Origin: a virus
Strand: one strand, 5' to 3'
IMG/VR virus record: IMGVR_UViG_3300017991_000064
Span: 1 to 64,000 of that record
Length of the DNA stretch: 64,000 nucleotides
Below are positions 18,340 through 27,236 of the stretch, piece after piece (the stretch's first letter is position 1; each line of letters opens with the position of its first letter). Both the position numbers and the translations under genes were made by a program. Under the pieces are notes generated by a model. The model had not been told where the DNA came from, did not search any database, and saw only the letters and a list, made by a program, of their open reading frames with translations.

Positions 18340-18342
18340 TAG

Positions 18343-18483
18343 TTAACTCCAAGCCTTTCCCAGTGCTGCCAGTAATTCGTAGAAGTCATCGAAGTTGTAT
18401 TCGTCGTCGTCTCCGGTGATGGTAATGCTGTTGTCATCGAAGACTTGTATCTTGCCACCGTCTCCGTGGTATTCCATTTTCAT
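18343..18483 (-). CDS. Small acidic protein
   Basis: GGAGG RBS before MKMEYHG. Confidence 0.6.
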   Translation of the reverse strand: MKMEYHGDGGKIQVFDDNSITITGDDDEYNFDDFYELLAALGKAWS

Positions 18484-18878
18484 TGTGTCACCTCCTGGTA
18501 GTCGTGAGCTCTGATACATTGGTAAACTTCTTCTGGTGTCGTGTGGTTGGTGGGACATGTATCAAAGTGATCCTGAATCATGTCTGGAGAGATGTCTAGC
18601 GGTGCTCTCTTCATGGTCTCCTCGTAGAGAATTATTCTCTTCTCCTCTTCATTGATGAGATCAATACCTTCTGGTGAGTAGATGTGAATGATATGCCTCT
18701 TGCCTGATGGTTCTGATTGGGAGAAGTCTTCGGTATGGTTCTTCCAGTGTCTGACTTCTACTGTCTTTCCTTCGTCGATGGCTTTAGTAATGGTATTGAA
18801 TAGTGCTTCCATGTTGGTCGTGTAATGACCTTGATCTGATCCCTTATAGTTGTATCTATATTCTTTGAGTGTTTTCAT
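18480..18878 (-). CDS. Hypothetical protein
   Basis: Start MKTLKEY behind AGGGGG. Confidence 0.65.
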   Translation of the reverse strand: MKTLKEYRYNYKGSDQGHYTTNMEALFNTITKAIDEGKTVEVRHWKNHTEDFSQSEPSGKRHIIHIYSPEGIDLINEEEKRIILYEETMKRAPLDISPDMIQDHFDTCPTNHTTPEEVYQCIRAHDYQEVTQ

Positions 18879-18888
18879 TAGTTGCCCC

Positions 18889-19092
18889 CTACCTGATCTC
18901 GAATGATTCAAGTCTTTCGAGTTCTTCTATATACCTGATCTTCTTCTCCTCTGTGAGTACATTACTGGGATCGAGATAGTAGCCCTTATTGAGAATATCT
19001 TGTATCTGGTGTATTCTCTGCTGTCTCTTATATGAATACTGAGTGGATCTTTTAGAGACTTTTGATTGTTTCTTTTGCTTTTTCTTATTCAT
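18889..19092 (-). CDS. Basic hypothetical protein, first gene of the leftward block
   Basis: AGGAGG RBS. Confidence 0.65.
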   Translation of the reverse strand: MNKKKQKKQSKVSKRSTQYSYKRQQRIHQIQDILNKGYYLDPSNVLTEEKKIRYIEELERLESFEIR

Positions 19093-20059
19093 TGATGGGT
19101 ACCTCCTTTTGGTTTTTGGTTGGTTTCAATTATATAGTAGGAATAACCATGCCAAGATCGGTTCGGTAGTGAGGTAGGTACCAGTTTCATGATGTTCCCC
19201 CTGCTGTTGACAGCGTAATCGTGGTTTTCTAATATTATATCATACTTTGGCATGGAAGTAAATTAAAAGCTTTCATCATGCCAAATGGGTAGTTATTACA
19301 GATCGACCAGTTACCAAACAGCACCAACTCACCAGTATCATTGCGGTTGACAGCATATCCCACTGTGTAAAACGTAGACAGTTTCGGGAGTCATTTGGGT
19401 AACTATTCCCTAGCGAGGATAAGGCTGTGGCTGACACTGTTTTCAAAATATCTCTTTCGTATAGATAAAACCATATAAAGTTGGCATGCGTTTTCAATCT
19501 CGTAGCATGCTCCTTCCAATCCTTGATGAATTTCCATGCCAGGTATTGATGGAAAGCTAAATTATTATTACCCGAGAAATATCGACCAGAATACCTTAGG
19601 ATAACATGGCCCTTTTCTTGGAAGCTTATTAGACCCTTATGGTTAGATGGTTAGGTAGTATATATAATTGTATGAATAGTATGTATGGAAAACCTATTGT
19701 ACCTTTGTTGCCTACCTACCCAGAGTGAGATATCAATATGTCCGAGGGATAGTAGGTTCCTGCCTGGATGATGTTTGTTGGAAACATTATTTCGTGTGAT
19801 CCCATGATTCATGGAAAATATTATAATGACTACAGGGAATAGTTTTCACCGAGATGGTATTTCCTGGTTTGGTTTATCGATGGTTTTGAAATGTTAATGA
19901 CCTTTAATGTATCTCTGATACATTAACCCTAAATGTTATAAAACCTACGATTTGATTTTGTGGTTCCCTATGATGGTTTTTGATCTGGTGTTTTAGGTTC
20001 TTGATTATACATGATCGTTTTTAATTTTAACCTACAAAAAACGAAGGGGAGGCAATGCT
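19093..20059. promoter_or_regulatory. ~1-kb divergent non-coding control region with five YTGGCATG boxes
   Basis: Coding strand switches here; promoter TTTACT-N17-TATAAT at 19262-19234 (-); boxes at 19148, 19247, 19277, 19481, 19535. Confidence 0.65.
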
Positions 20060-20821
20060 ATGGAAAACAAGGATAGGACCCAGAATGATGTTAGGAAGGA
20101 TATGTTCAGAAAAGAAACGGTATCATGCTATCATCGCACCTGGGAATTGAATGAATCTGAAACCAGTATAACATTTCGTTGTGCAGAAAAATGGAGTAGT
20201 TTAGAATTCCCCCTCATCCATGTACTCGATCGTCTGGCCATTAAGGGGATAGAGATAACGAATGTTGAGGAACGGGATATAGCAATGCACGTATACGCAT
20301 GTAATTTATTTAATTGCTTTGGCTGTGACCATCGCTGTTCCGCGGAAACCTGTGATGCAGAACTGGAAATCAAAGGTACAGAAACGGGGAGACTCCTAAC
20401 AGAATCACCCTTGGGGGATGGGATGAATGAAATCAATAAGGAACTAATTGATATTGACAGGAGGTTGGTTGAGATTGATAAAAAATTAATTGAGAAGGGT
20501 AGAAGGATGTTGAATACATCGGCAAAGGAATCGTTGGAATGGTTAACCTCAAAGGATAAAATTAGAATGACAGAATTAGGTGGTGAGGCCTTTGTTCCCG
20601 ATATTCCACCGGGTCTAAAAAACTTTGATTACGCAGAACTGGAACGTAGGATGTTGGCCCATGGAATGGGTAATGGTGGGGAGCAGATCACCATCTGTGG
20701 TGCCAAAATGAATATCGTACAAAACAATTACCTACCTGACGACACCATCATCATTCTCGGCAATGAACAAACTATTATTAGAATACGGCAGCTATTCAAA
20801 CAGGAAAAGGGGGATGAATGA
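20060..20821 (+). CDS. Hypothetical protein
   Basis: 253 aa, GGAGG RBS. Confidence 0.75.
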   Translation: MENKDRTQNDVRKDMFRKETVSCYHRTWELNESETSITFRCAEKWSSLEFPLIHVLDRLAIKGIEITNVEERDIAMHVYACNLFNCFGCDHRCSAETCDAELEIKGTETGRLLTESPLGDGMNEINKELIDIDRRLVEIDKKLIEKGRRMLNTSAKESLEWLTSKDKIRMTELGGEAFVPDIPPGLKNFDYAELERRMLAHGMGNGGEQITICGAKMNIVQNNYLPDDTIIILGNEQTIIRIRQLFKQEKGDE

Positions 20822-20888
20822 ATGATGGATACCATTGCTCTCCAGGATGCAATGATCCTAATAAAATTTTATGAACAGGAGGAACAGA

Positions 20889-21338
20889 ATGGGCGAGGAA
20901 AAGAAAGCTACACTATTTCGGGACAACCTGACAATCACCACGCTGAGTAATTTCAGGGCTGGAGGACATCTTCTTCTTGGATTCTGGCAGAGTCACAGAG
21001 GTTTCTTCATGTCATTCAAAGGTGGGGCACCTGAGGATGATGTAGTTAATCCCACGAGCATTTATGTAGTAGGAGTCAATACCAGTCCTACAGGTGGACC
21101 AGAGATGCCACCTGAAGAGGTACTCACAGACCTGGTAGATAACTTCGAAATCATTAATGCTCTGAACATTGGTTCCACAGAATTCGAAAATCTATGGGTA
21201 CAGATAGATGAGGCAGTTGCCAAGCAGGAACATATGGCCGGGGTGGAACAAAACCTTCGAGATGAGCTCTGGTCACTTCGTACACCAGAGAATTATGAAG
21301 TGACCATGCTTAAAACAACTAAGGAGGAAGAGGAATGA
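20889..21338 (+). CDS. Hypothetical protein
   Basis: AGGAGG RBS before MGEEKK. Confidence 0.7.
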   Translation: MGEEKKATLFRDNLTITTLSNFRAGGHLLLGFWQSHRGFFMSFKGGAPEDDVVNPTSIYVVGVNTSPTGGPEMPPEEVLTDLVDNFEIINALNIGSTEFENLWVQIDEAVAKQEHMAGVEQNLRDELWSLRTPENYEVTMLKTTKEEEE

Positions 21339-21667
21339 CGCAGGCACAGATGATCAGAATGATGATCAACAATGATCTCAGAGCTGGTAGGATTCTTTTG
21401 ACTGATGGATTTGAGAAGGAGTACAAGCACAGAAAGGAGGTGGTTGACAGATTCTTCAAGGGTATTATGAAATGTCTTCGGATGGGTGAAAAGGTTGTGA
21501 TACCAGGATTCGGTACCTTCGAGATTAAAACATTGGGGGAACAGAAGTACTTCGATCTCAACTCTGCCAAACCCAGAATGAGAACAATAGGCCGGAGGAA
21601 ACATCCTAGGTTCCGTCCCTCTGATGTTCTCGTTAAAAGAATTCGGACAAAGGGAAAGAGGAGGTAA
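21335..21667 (+). CDS. HU/IHF-family DNA-binding protein
   Basis: GEKVVIPGFGTFEIK...PRFRPS. Confidence 0.85.
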   Translation: MTQAQMIRMMINNDLRAGRILLTDGFEKEYKHRKEVVDRFFKGIMKCLRMGEKVVIPGFGTFEIKTLGEQKYFDLNSAKPRMRTIGRRKHPRFRPSDVLVKRIRTKGKRR

Positions 21668-21670
21668 TCA

Positions 21671-22198
21671 ATGCCGAACAATCAGATTGAACAAACTATG
21701 ATGCCAAAAAAGAAACAGAGGACGAAATCAAAAGGTCGCCGCTCATATGATATTATTGACAAGGAACAGATGGTCAGGGTCTTTCATTATCATGTAGAAT
21801 TCACAACACCCCAGCACCTACGCTCTCTGGGTGACATGAAATTCTTCGGTATAGTTCAGGTCAAGAGGTCTCTAGGTAAAGAAGCTGCTGGTCTGTTTAT
21901 CAGTTTCATTACCCAGGAAAAATCCTACGTCATAGGATACGTAGCTCACCACAAAAACTTCATCGAGATGGATCCGGATGAAATCATCCATGTCCTGTAT
22001 CACAACCCACGTGCTGCACATGAGCTTGGCCTCACTAATGAGGAAGTTGATGCCATCTGCATAGAGTTAGAAAAGCAGGAGAGAGCACATGACACAGCAA
22101 CTTTTGGAATGAAACAACTTAAGGATCGATTGGAGTTACTCCATCGTAATCCCAATGATAATGATGATGACGAGGAAGAAGAGGAGGATGAAGATTGA
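21671..22198 (+). CDS. Hypothetical protein
   Basis: 175 aa, GGAGG RBS. Confidence 0.7.
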   Translation: MPNNQIEQTMMPKKKQRTKSKGRRSYDIIDKEQMVRVFHYHVEFTTPQHLRSLGDMKFFGIVQVKRSLGKEAAGLFISFITQEKSYVIGYVAHHKNFIEMDPDEIIHVLYHNPRAAHELGLTNEEVDAICIELEKQERAHDTATFGMKQLKDRLELLHRNPNDNDDDEEEEEDED

Positions 22199-22476
22199 AT
22201 CGCCCAAGGAAGAAACCATCCGAACTATCTAGAAAAGCTAATAAGTGGGAGTGGGGTCATCGAGTAGAGAATCCAAATTACAGATATGATGTCTGCGATA
22301 AAAACCCAGAAGGTGATCCACAGGATGAAACGAAATGTGTTGTGGAACTCTATGACAGGAGGATAAAGAGATTCAGACAGTGTCAGCATCTTCGAGGTAA
22401 AGGACCTAAGGGATTGTACTGTAGAATACATGCTAAAAGAATTGCTGAAAGAAAGGTTAAGGTGACACTGGGATGA
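22195..22476 (+). CDS. Small Zn-binding phage protein
   Basis: C...QC...GKGPKGLYCRIH. Confidence 0.65.
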   Translation: MNRPRKKPSELSRKANKWEWGHRVENPNYRYDVCDKNPEGDPQDETKCVVELYDRRIKRFRQCQHLRGKGPKGLYCRIHAKRIAERKVKVTLG

Positions 22477-22886
22477 GTAAACTGAGTAAGAATATTGCTG
22501 CAACCAAGAAGCAATCAAAGGGATTACAACAATCGATGGCAGATTACTTCCAGGCACTGAACAAGGTACGAGACAAGCTGGATTCTACATTTGATGAGTA
22601 TCTTAAACAAAGGAGGCAGATTCAAGAGAAACTAACAGTAGCCCGAGAAGCACATGACTGGAAACTCTATGGAGCACTGAGAAAACAACTAAAGGAGGTG
22701 AAGAAGGCATCATTCAGTGTTCTCTATGGAAAGAATCTTGACTACAAGAATCACATCTGTGCAGAGTGTAAGCACCATGCAGAATCTCAAACTGGGATCT
22801 GTACTGAGGGTGACGGAGATCCTGTCAGTAGGTTAGCAGAGGAACCTGCTTGTGAAAAATTCGACCTAAAGAAAGAAGAGGAGTAA
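22473..22886 (+). CDS. Coiled-coil protein with Cys-rich C-terminus
   Basis: 137 aa. Confidence 0.65.
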   Translation: MSKLSKNIAATKKQSKGLQQSMADYFQALNKVRDKLDSTFDEYLKQRRQIQEKLTVAREAHDWKLYGALRKQLKEVKKASFSVLYGKNLDYKNHICAECKHHAESQTGICTEGDGDPVSRLAEEPACEKFDLKKEEE

Positions 22887-22890
22887 AACT

Positions 22891-23133
22891 ATGTCAGCAA
22901 AAGACTGGAGAGATCAGAACTATACTATCACGAAACTTGATGGAACACAGGCCCACATCGATGAGTACATAAAAGAAAAGAGTAGATCCAGGTTTACACC
23001 CAAGCGCAGCAAAAAGAACTATATGTCAAGGATGGAATGGTTCTTCTTCATGAACAACAAGTTCAGCAAACATGTGATGAAACGATTCACAGTAATTGAC
23101 GGAGGCCAATCAAAGTGTCTCAAAGGAATTTAA
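22891..23133 (+). CDS. Hypothetical protein
   Basis: GAGGAG RBS. Confidence 0.6.
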   Translation: MSAKDWRDQNYTITKLDGTQAHIDEYIKEKSRSRFTPKRSKKNYMSRMEWFFFMNNKFSKHVMKRFTVIDGGQSKCLKGI

Positions 23134-23642
23134 CTGTTCTCACCTTGGTCATCATCTTCTGCTTCTGTCTAGCATTGATAGCTAACACTGAAAAAGAAGA
23201 TGATGATCATTGGATATTCACCTATGGAAGTTGTAACATCTGCGGTAACTGCTTCGAGCTCTACAGAGTAAATGACCTTACAGGAACTAGACAATTCATC
23301 GATCTCGATGCCTACGTTTTCTTCAGGGTCACTGGAGTTATGATGTGCTCAGAATGTAGACAAAGGCTAGGTGATAAACGCTTGAAGGATATCCAAAAAC
23401 TACTAATGGTCCTACACCCACGAACAGATGAAGTGATGATAGATGATCATTGTTGTATCTGTAAGAGACCACTACTCCTACACACCTTTGATTCACTAGC
23501 GATTAGAGATGCTGTAGAGATAGGGGGCTACATCTTCTGTAGAGATTGTGGACAGAAGATACAGAAATGGTTAGAGGATTACATTGATATACAATCACAA
23601 CGATACCAGGAGGAGATAAGAAATGCTACGAACACAAAGTGA
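23115..23642 (+). CDS. Membrane-anchored double Zn-finger protein
   Basis: N-terminal hydrophobic helix; CNIC/CSEC and CCIC/CRDC pairs. Confidence 0.65.
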   Translation: MSQRNLTVLTLVIIFCFCLALIANTEKEDDDHWIFTYGSCNICGNCFELYRVNDLTGTRQFIDLDAYVFFRVTGVMMCSECRQRLGDKRLKDIQKLLMVLHPRTDEVMIDDHCCICKRPLLLHTFDSLAIRDAVEIGGYIFCRDCGQKIQKWLEDYIDIQSQRYQEEIRNATNTK

Positions 23643-23967
23643 AGGTGGTGAAATTAGAATTGTTGGTGAAATCAGTACTGTCCCGGTTATTATGGACATC
23701 ACAGATGTAGCACCCGAACAACATATCACAGTAGCTCAAAAAGCAGATGGAACCATCTTCCTCTTAAAGGATGTTGGAGCCCACTGGTTATGGGTCTCTC
23801 TGAAGAGTTCTGATATTGGTGAAGAAGAGATAGACTCAGCTCTTAGCTATGAAGATGCTATCTACAACATGAGAACCTACCTAGATGATGGTGCTTCTGA
23901 ACAAGAAGTGTACATCTTTGAAACCCAGTATGAGATGCTCCAACACTTCCTTAGGAGGAGTTTGTGA
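23623..23967 (+). CDS. Hypothetical protein
   Basis: GGAGGAG RBS. Confidence 0.65.
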   Translation: MLRTQSEGGEIRIVGEISTVPVIMDITDVAPEQHITVAQKADGTIFLLKDVGAHWLWVSLKSSDIGEEEIDSALSYEDAIYNMRTYLDDGASEQEVYIFETQYEMLQHFLRRSL

Positions 23968-24251
23968 TGGCCCTAGAAGCAACACAGAACTTACTCAATG
24001 CACTAACTTACATCGCTCTCGTTGTAGTAGGAATCTACATCCTTTACCAGATTAAACGATATTGTCAACTAAGACAAGGTTGGAGTATGAAGGATGATAT
24101 CATTGTGTATCGAGGCGAGAAGATAGATGAAGATGATATCTATCCAGGTGAACCCCCTGATGATAAGAAAAAATATTATGAGAAAGTATACATTACCATC
24201 AAAGGAACACCCTATTTCTTCTGGAGGAAAAAGCATGAACCCATTAAATGA
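23964..24251 (+). CDS. Small membrane protein
   Basis: N-terminal TM helix; AGGAGG RBS. Confidence 0.65.
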   Translation: MMALEATQNLLNALTYIALVVVGIYILYQIKRYCQLRQGWSMKDDIIVYRGEKIDEDDIYPGEPPDDKKKYYEKVYITIKGTPYFFWRKKHEPIK

Positions 24252-24861
24252 TGACAAAGCAAAGAAATTCGTAGCGCAGGCTATGTTTCGTTCTGCACGT
24301 ATAGAGGTCCTTACCACTCTCATAGAGTATAACAGAATATCAATGGAGGTGTTCAATGAGAGAGCTAAGGATTTTCTTCCGCGAACATATCGAGATACAC
24401 TAGACATGATGGTAGATCACGATCTTATCACAGCTAGGGTATCCCCGAAGAGGAATCAAACATTTGTCTATCTCACGTCTGCTGGTACGAGTGAAGCAGA
24501 ACGTCTGGTACAATCTATGGAAACAAGTAAGGTGGTTGTATCAGAAATTCGACCAAGGGGTAGGTCTCTCCGTTCACTTGTTCAGGTTTATATTAATAGC
24601 ACTAAGGGAAAGTACTATCCTGGTTATTGGTTTACTAAACGTGGTGAGGAAGGAAAGAAAGTTATGATCACCAGATTAGTTCCGGAACCTGCGAAAGCGA
24701 GAAGATTCATTAATGATGACGCCTCAATAGTCATGTTTCGATTTGAGGATGATGATCAGGAGTATCCTCTCTCGCTAGGTGCTTTCATGTATTGGTATGA
24801 ATATGACGAAAATCAAAATGCCAATCCTGAAATCGATGAAAAGGAGACAAGCGAAACCTGA
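24235..24861 (+). CDS. Winged-helix (MarR-like) DNA-binding protein
   Basis: LDMMVDHDLITARVSPKRNQTFVYLTSAG wing motif; start moved to MNPLND behind GGAGG. Confidence 0.65.
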   Translation: MNPLNDDKAKKFVAQAMFRSARIEVLTTLIEYNRISMEVFNERAKDFLPRTYRDTLDMMVDHDLITARVSPKRNQTFVYLTSAGTSEAERLVQSMETSKVVVSEIRPRGRSLRSLVQVYINSTKGKYYPGYWFTKRGEEGKKVMITRLVPEPAKARRFINDDASIVMFRFEDDDQEYPLSLGAFMYWYEYDENQNANPEIDEKETSET

Positions 24862-25171
24862 TTTTCTTAAATCTGTTCACCAGCGATGTAAGTCCGAACC
24901 CCTGGGAATTTGTTCCAAAGTGAACCCGGCACCCCGCGAGGAAAGAGTTTTGGGGCTATTGATTTCAGGTTGACCTATACCCAAGCGAGTCTACAAGATT
25001 AAGGTTTTGGAAGTTTGGACCTACAAATTAAAAATAAACCAAAATCTCATCACTCGCTATGTTGGCCGACCACCGGGTGAGGTGGATCAAAATGAACACC
25101 AAAACCCAACTAGAGAGCTGGAGGTAACTATTGATTTTCTTTGCGCATACGAGCCCACGCGGAACGGGCGT

Positions 25172-25234
25172 ATATGATACTAAAGTATCATATTAAACTA
25201 TACATAGTTTCATTATCATTCCACTATGCATAGT
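25172..25234. promoter_or_regulatory. Three palindromic operator-like sites
   Basis: ATATGATACT-AA-AGTATCATAT (25172-25193), AAACTAT-AC-ATAGTTT (25195-25210), ACTATGCATAGT (25223-25234). Confidence 0.55.
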
Positions 25235-25313
25235 TCTCTTCTAAATTTAGTTTTCAATCTTTTCCGCTCTACTTTACATTGATTGAGAAATGAAGGGAAG
25301 GTGATGTTAAATT

Positions 25314-25526
25314 ATGACAGATCAAGAAAGAGTTCAATTGTTATTGCTCAACATCCAGTATAACCAGGTTAATCTCTGGACAATAGATCAGATGTTAAGA
25401 AAAAGGAGTACACATTCAAGGAGTGTAAAACGTATAATGTTAAATAGCTATGATGCATTAACAACACTAATTGTTAGTTTCTCAATTGCTCTCAGAACCT
25501 ATATTAAATTATTAGAAAGGAGTTAA
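25314..25526 (+). CDS. Hypothetical protein
   Basis: 70 aa. Confidence 0.55.
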   Translation: MTDQERVQLLLLNIQYNQVNLWTIDQMLRKRSTHSRSVKRIMLNSYDALTTLIVSFSIALRTYIKLLERS

Positions 25527-25531
25527 AGGGT

Positions 25532-25720
25532 ATGTTAGTCAGGTGCTTTGATGGTATCTCCAGAAACTTTGTAAAGTTAGCTGGAAAGGTATACTGTAAT
25601 AGATGTGGAGCAAATGTTAGCTATAACAAGAAGGTAGAGTTTAATATGAGACACTCAGGCCAACTACTTGTACTGAAGAAACACATCTGCAAGGATCAAC
25701 TTAGCTTCCCTTTCCAGTAA
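25532..25720 (+). CDS. Small Zn-binding protein
   Basis: CNRC...HIC; GGAG RBS. Confidence 0.6.
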   Translation: MLVRCFDGISRNFVKLAGKVYCNRCGANVSYNKKVEFNMRHSGQLLVLKKHICKDQLSFPFQ

Positions 25721-25842
25721 CCTATCCATCGTTCGAATGTCATTCTTATTTTTCTTTTAATACAAAATCCAACCTAACATGTATCGATGTTGGTAGGGAA
25801 TGAAAGCCTTTTAATTACTGAATAAACAGATTGGAGGATTGA

Positions 25843-26616
25843 ATGGCAAAGAAGAAGCGAAAGAAAACCAAACGCTCTAAGAAACACCCACTTCTACTTC
25901 AAGCACAGCAGGATCCTCAGGGACATCTGAACCAAACCAACACAGTCTATATTACAGATTGCTTCGGCTGGTTCTACAAGGAAGGCCACAGACAATGTAA
26001 GAAATGTCCAGATGCTGCTGAATGTGAATACCAGAAGAGGATGAACAAGTTAGCTATTAAGAAAGCAAAGGAAGCAGAAGCCAAAAGGAGGTCACTTCAC
26101 CCCAGTGAAATAGATATTCGGACTAATGTACAGGTCTCAAAACGAAAGGCCTCGAAAGAACAGAACCTCAGAATCATCAAAGAGTTAGACTACGAGTATC
26201 TTAAGGTAGGAGAAAGATATCTCATTATTCTAACTGCAGGCCATTATATAGAACACTCCAGAGATCTTCGTGTCCACCTCGGTATCTCATATCCAACTAT
26301 CAATACATCACCCATCAGTTACTGGAGAAGATGTAACTTCGGTTACTTCAAAATAAAACAATACAGACCCGATCCACACAATGATTCAGTAACAACCAGA
26401 ACTATCATCTACTCTCTCAGGCCCAGACTCAAGTTTGAAGAACAAGTAAAGACAGACAAGGAAGATTATAAAGAAAGGGTTCAGAGAGCAAAGACTCGAA
26501 AGCTCAGGGGGAAGGCTACAGATCCAGATGCTAAAAGAGAAAAGAGAAGGCAGAGAAGATTAGAACGAAAAAGACAGAGAGAAATGGAACAAGGAAAAGC
26601 CGGTGATGAAGAATAA
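25843..26616 (+). CDS. Basic protein with Cys cluster
   Basis: CFG...CKKC...C; GGAGG RBS. Confidence 0.7.
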   Translation: MAKKKRKKTKRSKKHPLLLQAQQDPQGHLNQTNTVYITDCFGWFYKEGHRQCKKCPDAAECEYQKRMNKLAIKKAKEAEAKRRSLHPSEIDIRTNVQVSKRKASKEQNLRIIKELDYEYLKVGERYLIILTAGHYIEHSRDLRVHLGISYPTINTSPISYWRRCNFGYFKIKQYRPDPHNDSVTTRTIIYSLRPRLKFEEQVKTDKEDYKERVQRAKTRKLRGKATDPDAKREKRRQRRLERKRQREMEQGKAGDEE

Positions 26617-26655
26617 AAATTTGTCCATAGAGATCCATTGGAAAATCGATCCTGT

Positions 26656-26713
26656 GGGAATCCACTTGGGAGATCACGAAATAAAATCTAGGTATCAAAT
26701 TTTCATTCTGGCA
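26656..26713 (-). repeat. Dispersed multi-box element, copy B
   Basis: TGCCAGAATGA-N15-ATTTTATTT-N12-AGTGGATTCCC. Confidence 0.8.
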
Positions 26714-26746
26714 CCCCCAATTATTTTAACAAAAAGGAATTAAATT

Positions 26747-27073
26747 ATGGCTTGGAGGGAAAGAAAGGTTCGTCTTCTTGAAAAACCTAAGATACGACTC
26801 ACCATCAAACTAATCGATAAGAAACACAGGATATACGGTTTGTACTACCATATCAATAAGTACAAGCAGTTATTCTGCGTATCTTCTGGAAAAGAAGGGA
26901 AAGAGTGGCAAGAGAAGCTACGACGAATCTTACTTAAAGACCCTGAGTGGAAGAAAGCTATCCTTTATGATATTAAGCAATCAGCACTGAGTAGAAAAGA
27001 AAATATACGCAGGAATGTTAAGAAGTGGGGTATTAAGTACGAGATCTATAAGGTAAAAAAGAAAAGGAGTTAA
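26747..27073 (+). CDS. Basic hypothetical protein
   Basis: 108 aa. Confidence 0.65.
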   Translation: MAWRERKVRLLEKPKIRLTIKLIDKKHRIYGLYYHINKYKQLFCVSSGKEGKEWQEKLRRILLKDPEWKKAILYDIKQSALSRKENIRRNVKKWGIKYEIYKVKKKRS

Positions 27074-27075
27074 CA

Positions 27076-27234
27076 ATGACAGAACAGTATCAGATTCGGA
27101 AAGGTGAGAAACTTCAGTGGTCCCTGTGGGTGAGAACCAAACATGGGTGGACTGTATTAGAAGAGAATGATAGTCACGAGATTCTTCAGAAGAAGTTGAG
27201 GTCTATCAAAGAGCGTAAGAATATCAAGGGCTGA
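27076..27234 (+). CDS. Small protein (52 aa), not in ORF track
   Basis: AAGGAG RBS; MTEQYQIRKGEKLQWSLWVRTK... Confidence 0.6.
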   Translation: MTEQYQIRKGEKLQWSLWVRTKHGWTVLEENDSHEILQKKLRSIKERKNIKG

Positions 27235-27236
27235 TC

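Noticed and set aside
19276-19497. 73-aa ORF in the control region
   Set aside because: Non-ATG start, no RBS, and it overlaps the repeated boxes
24890-24950. RNase P RNA-like words (AGTCCG, GAACCCGGC, GAGGAAAG)
   Set aside because: Wrong order and spacing; the P4 pairing cannot be built
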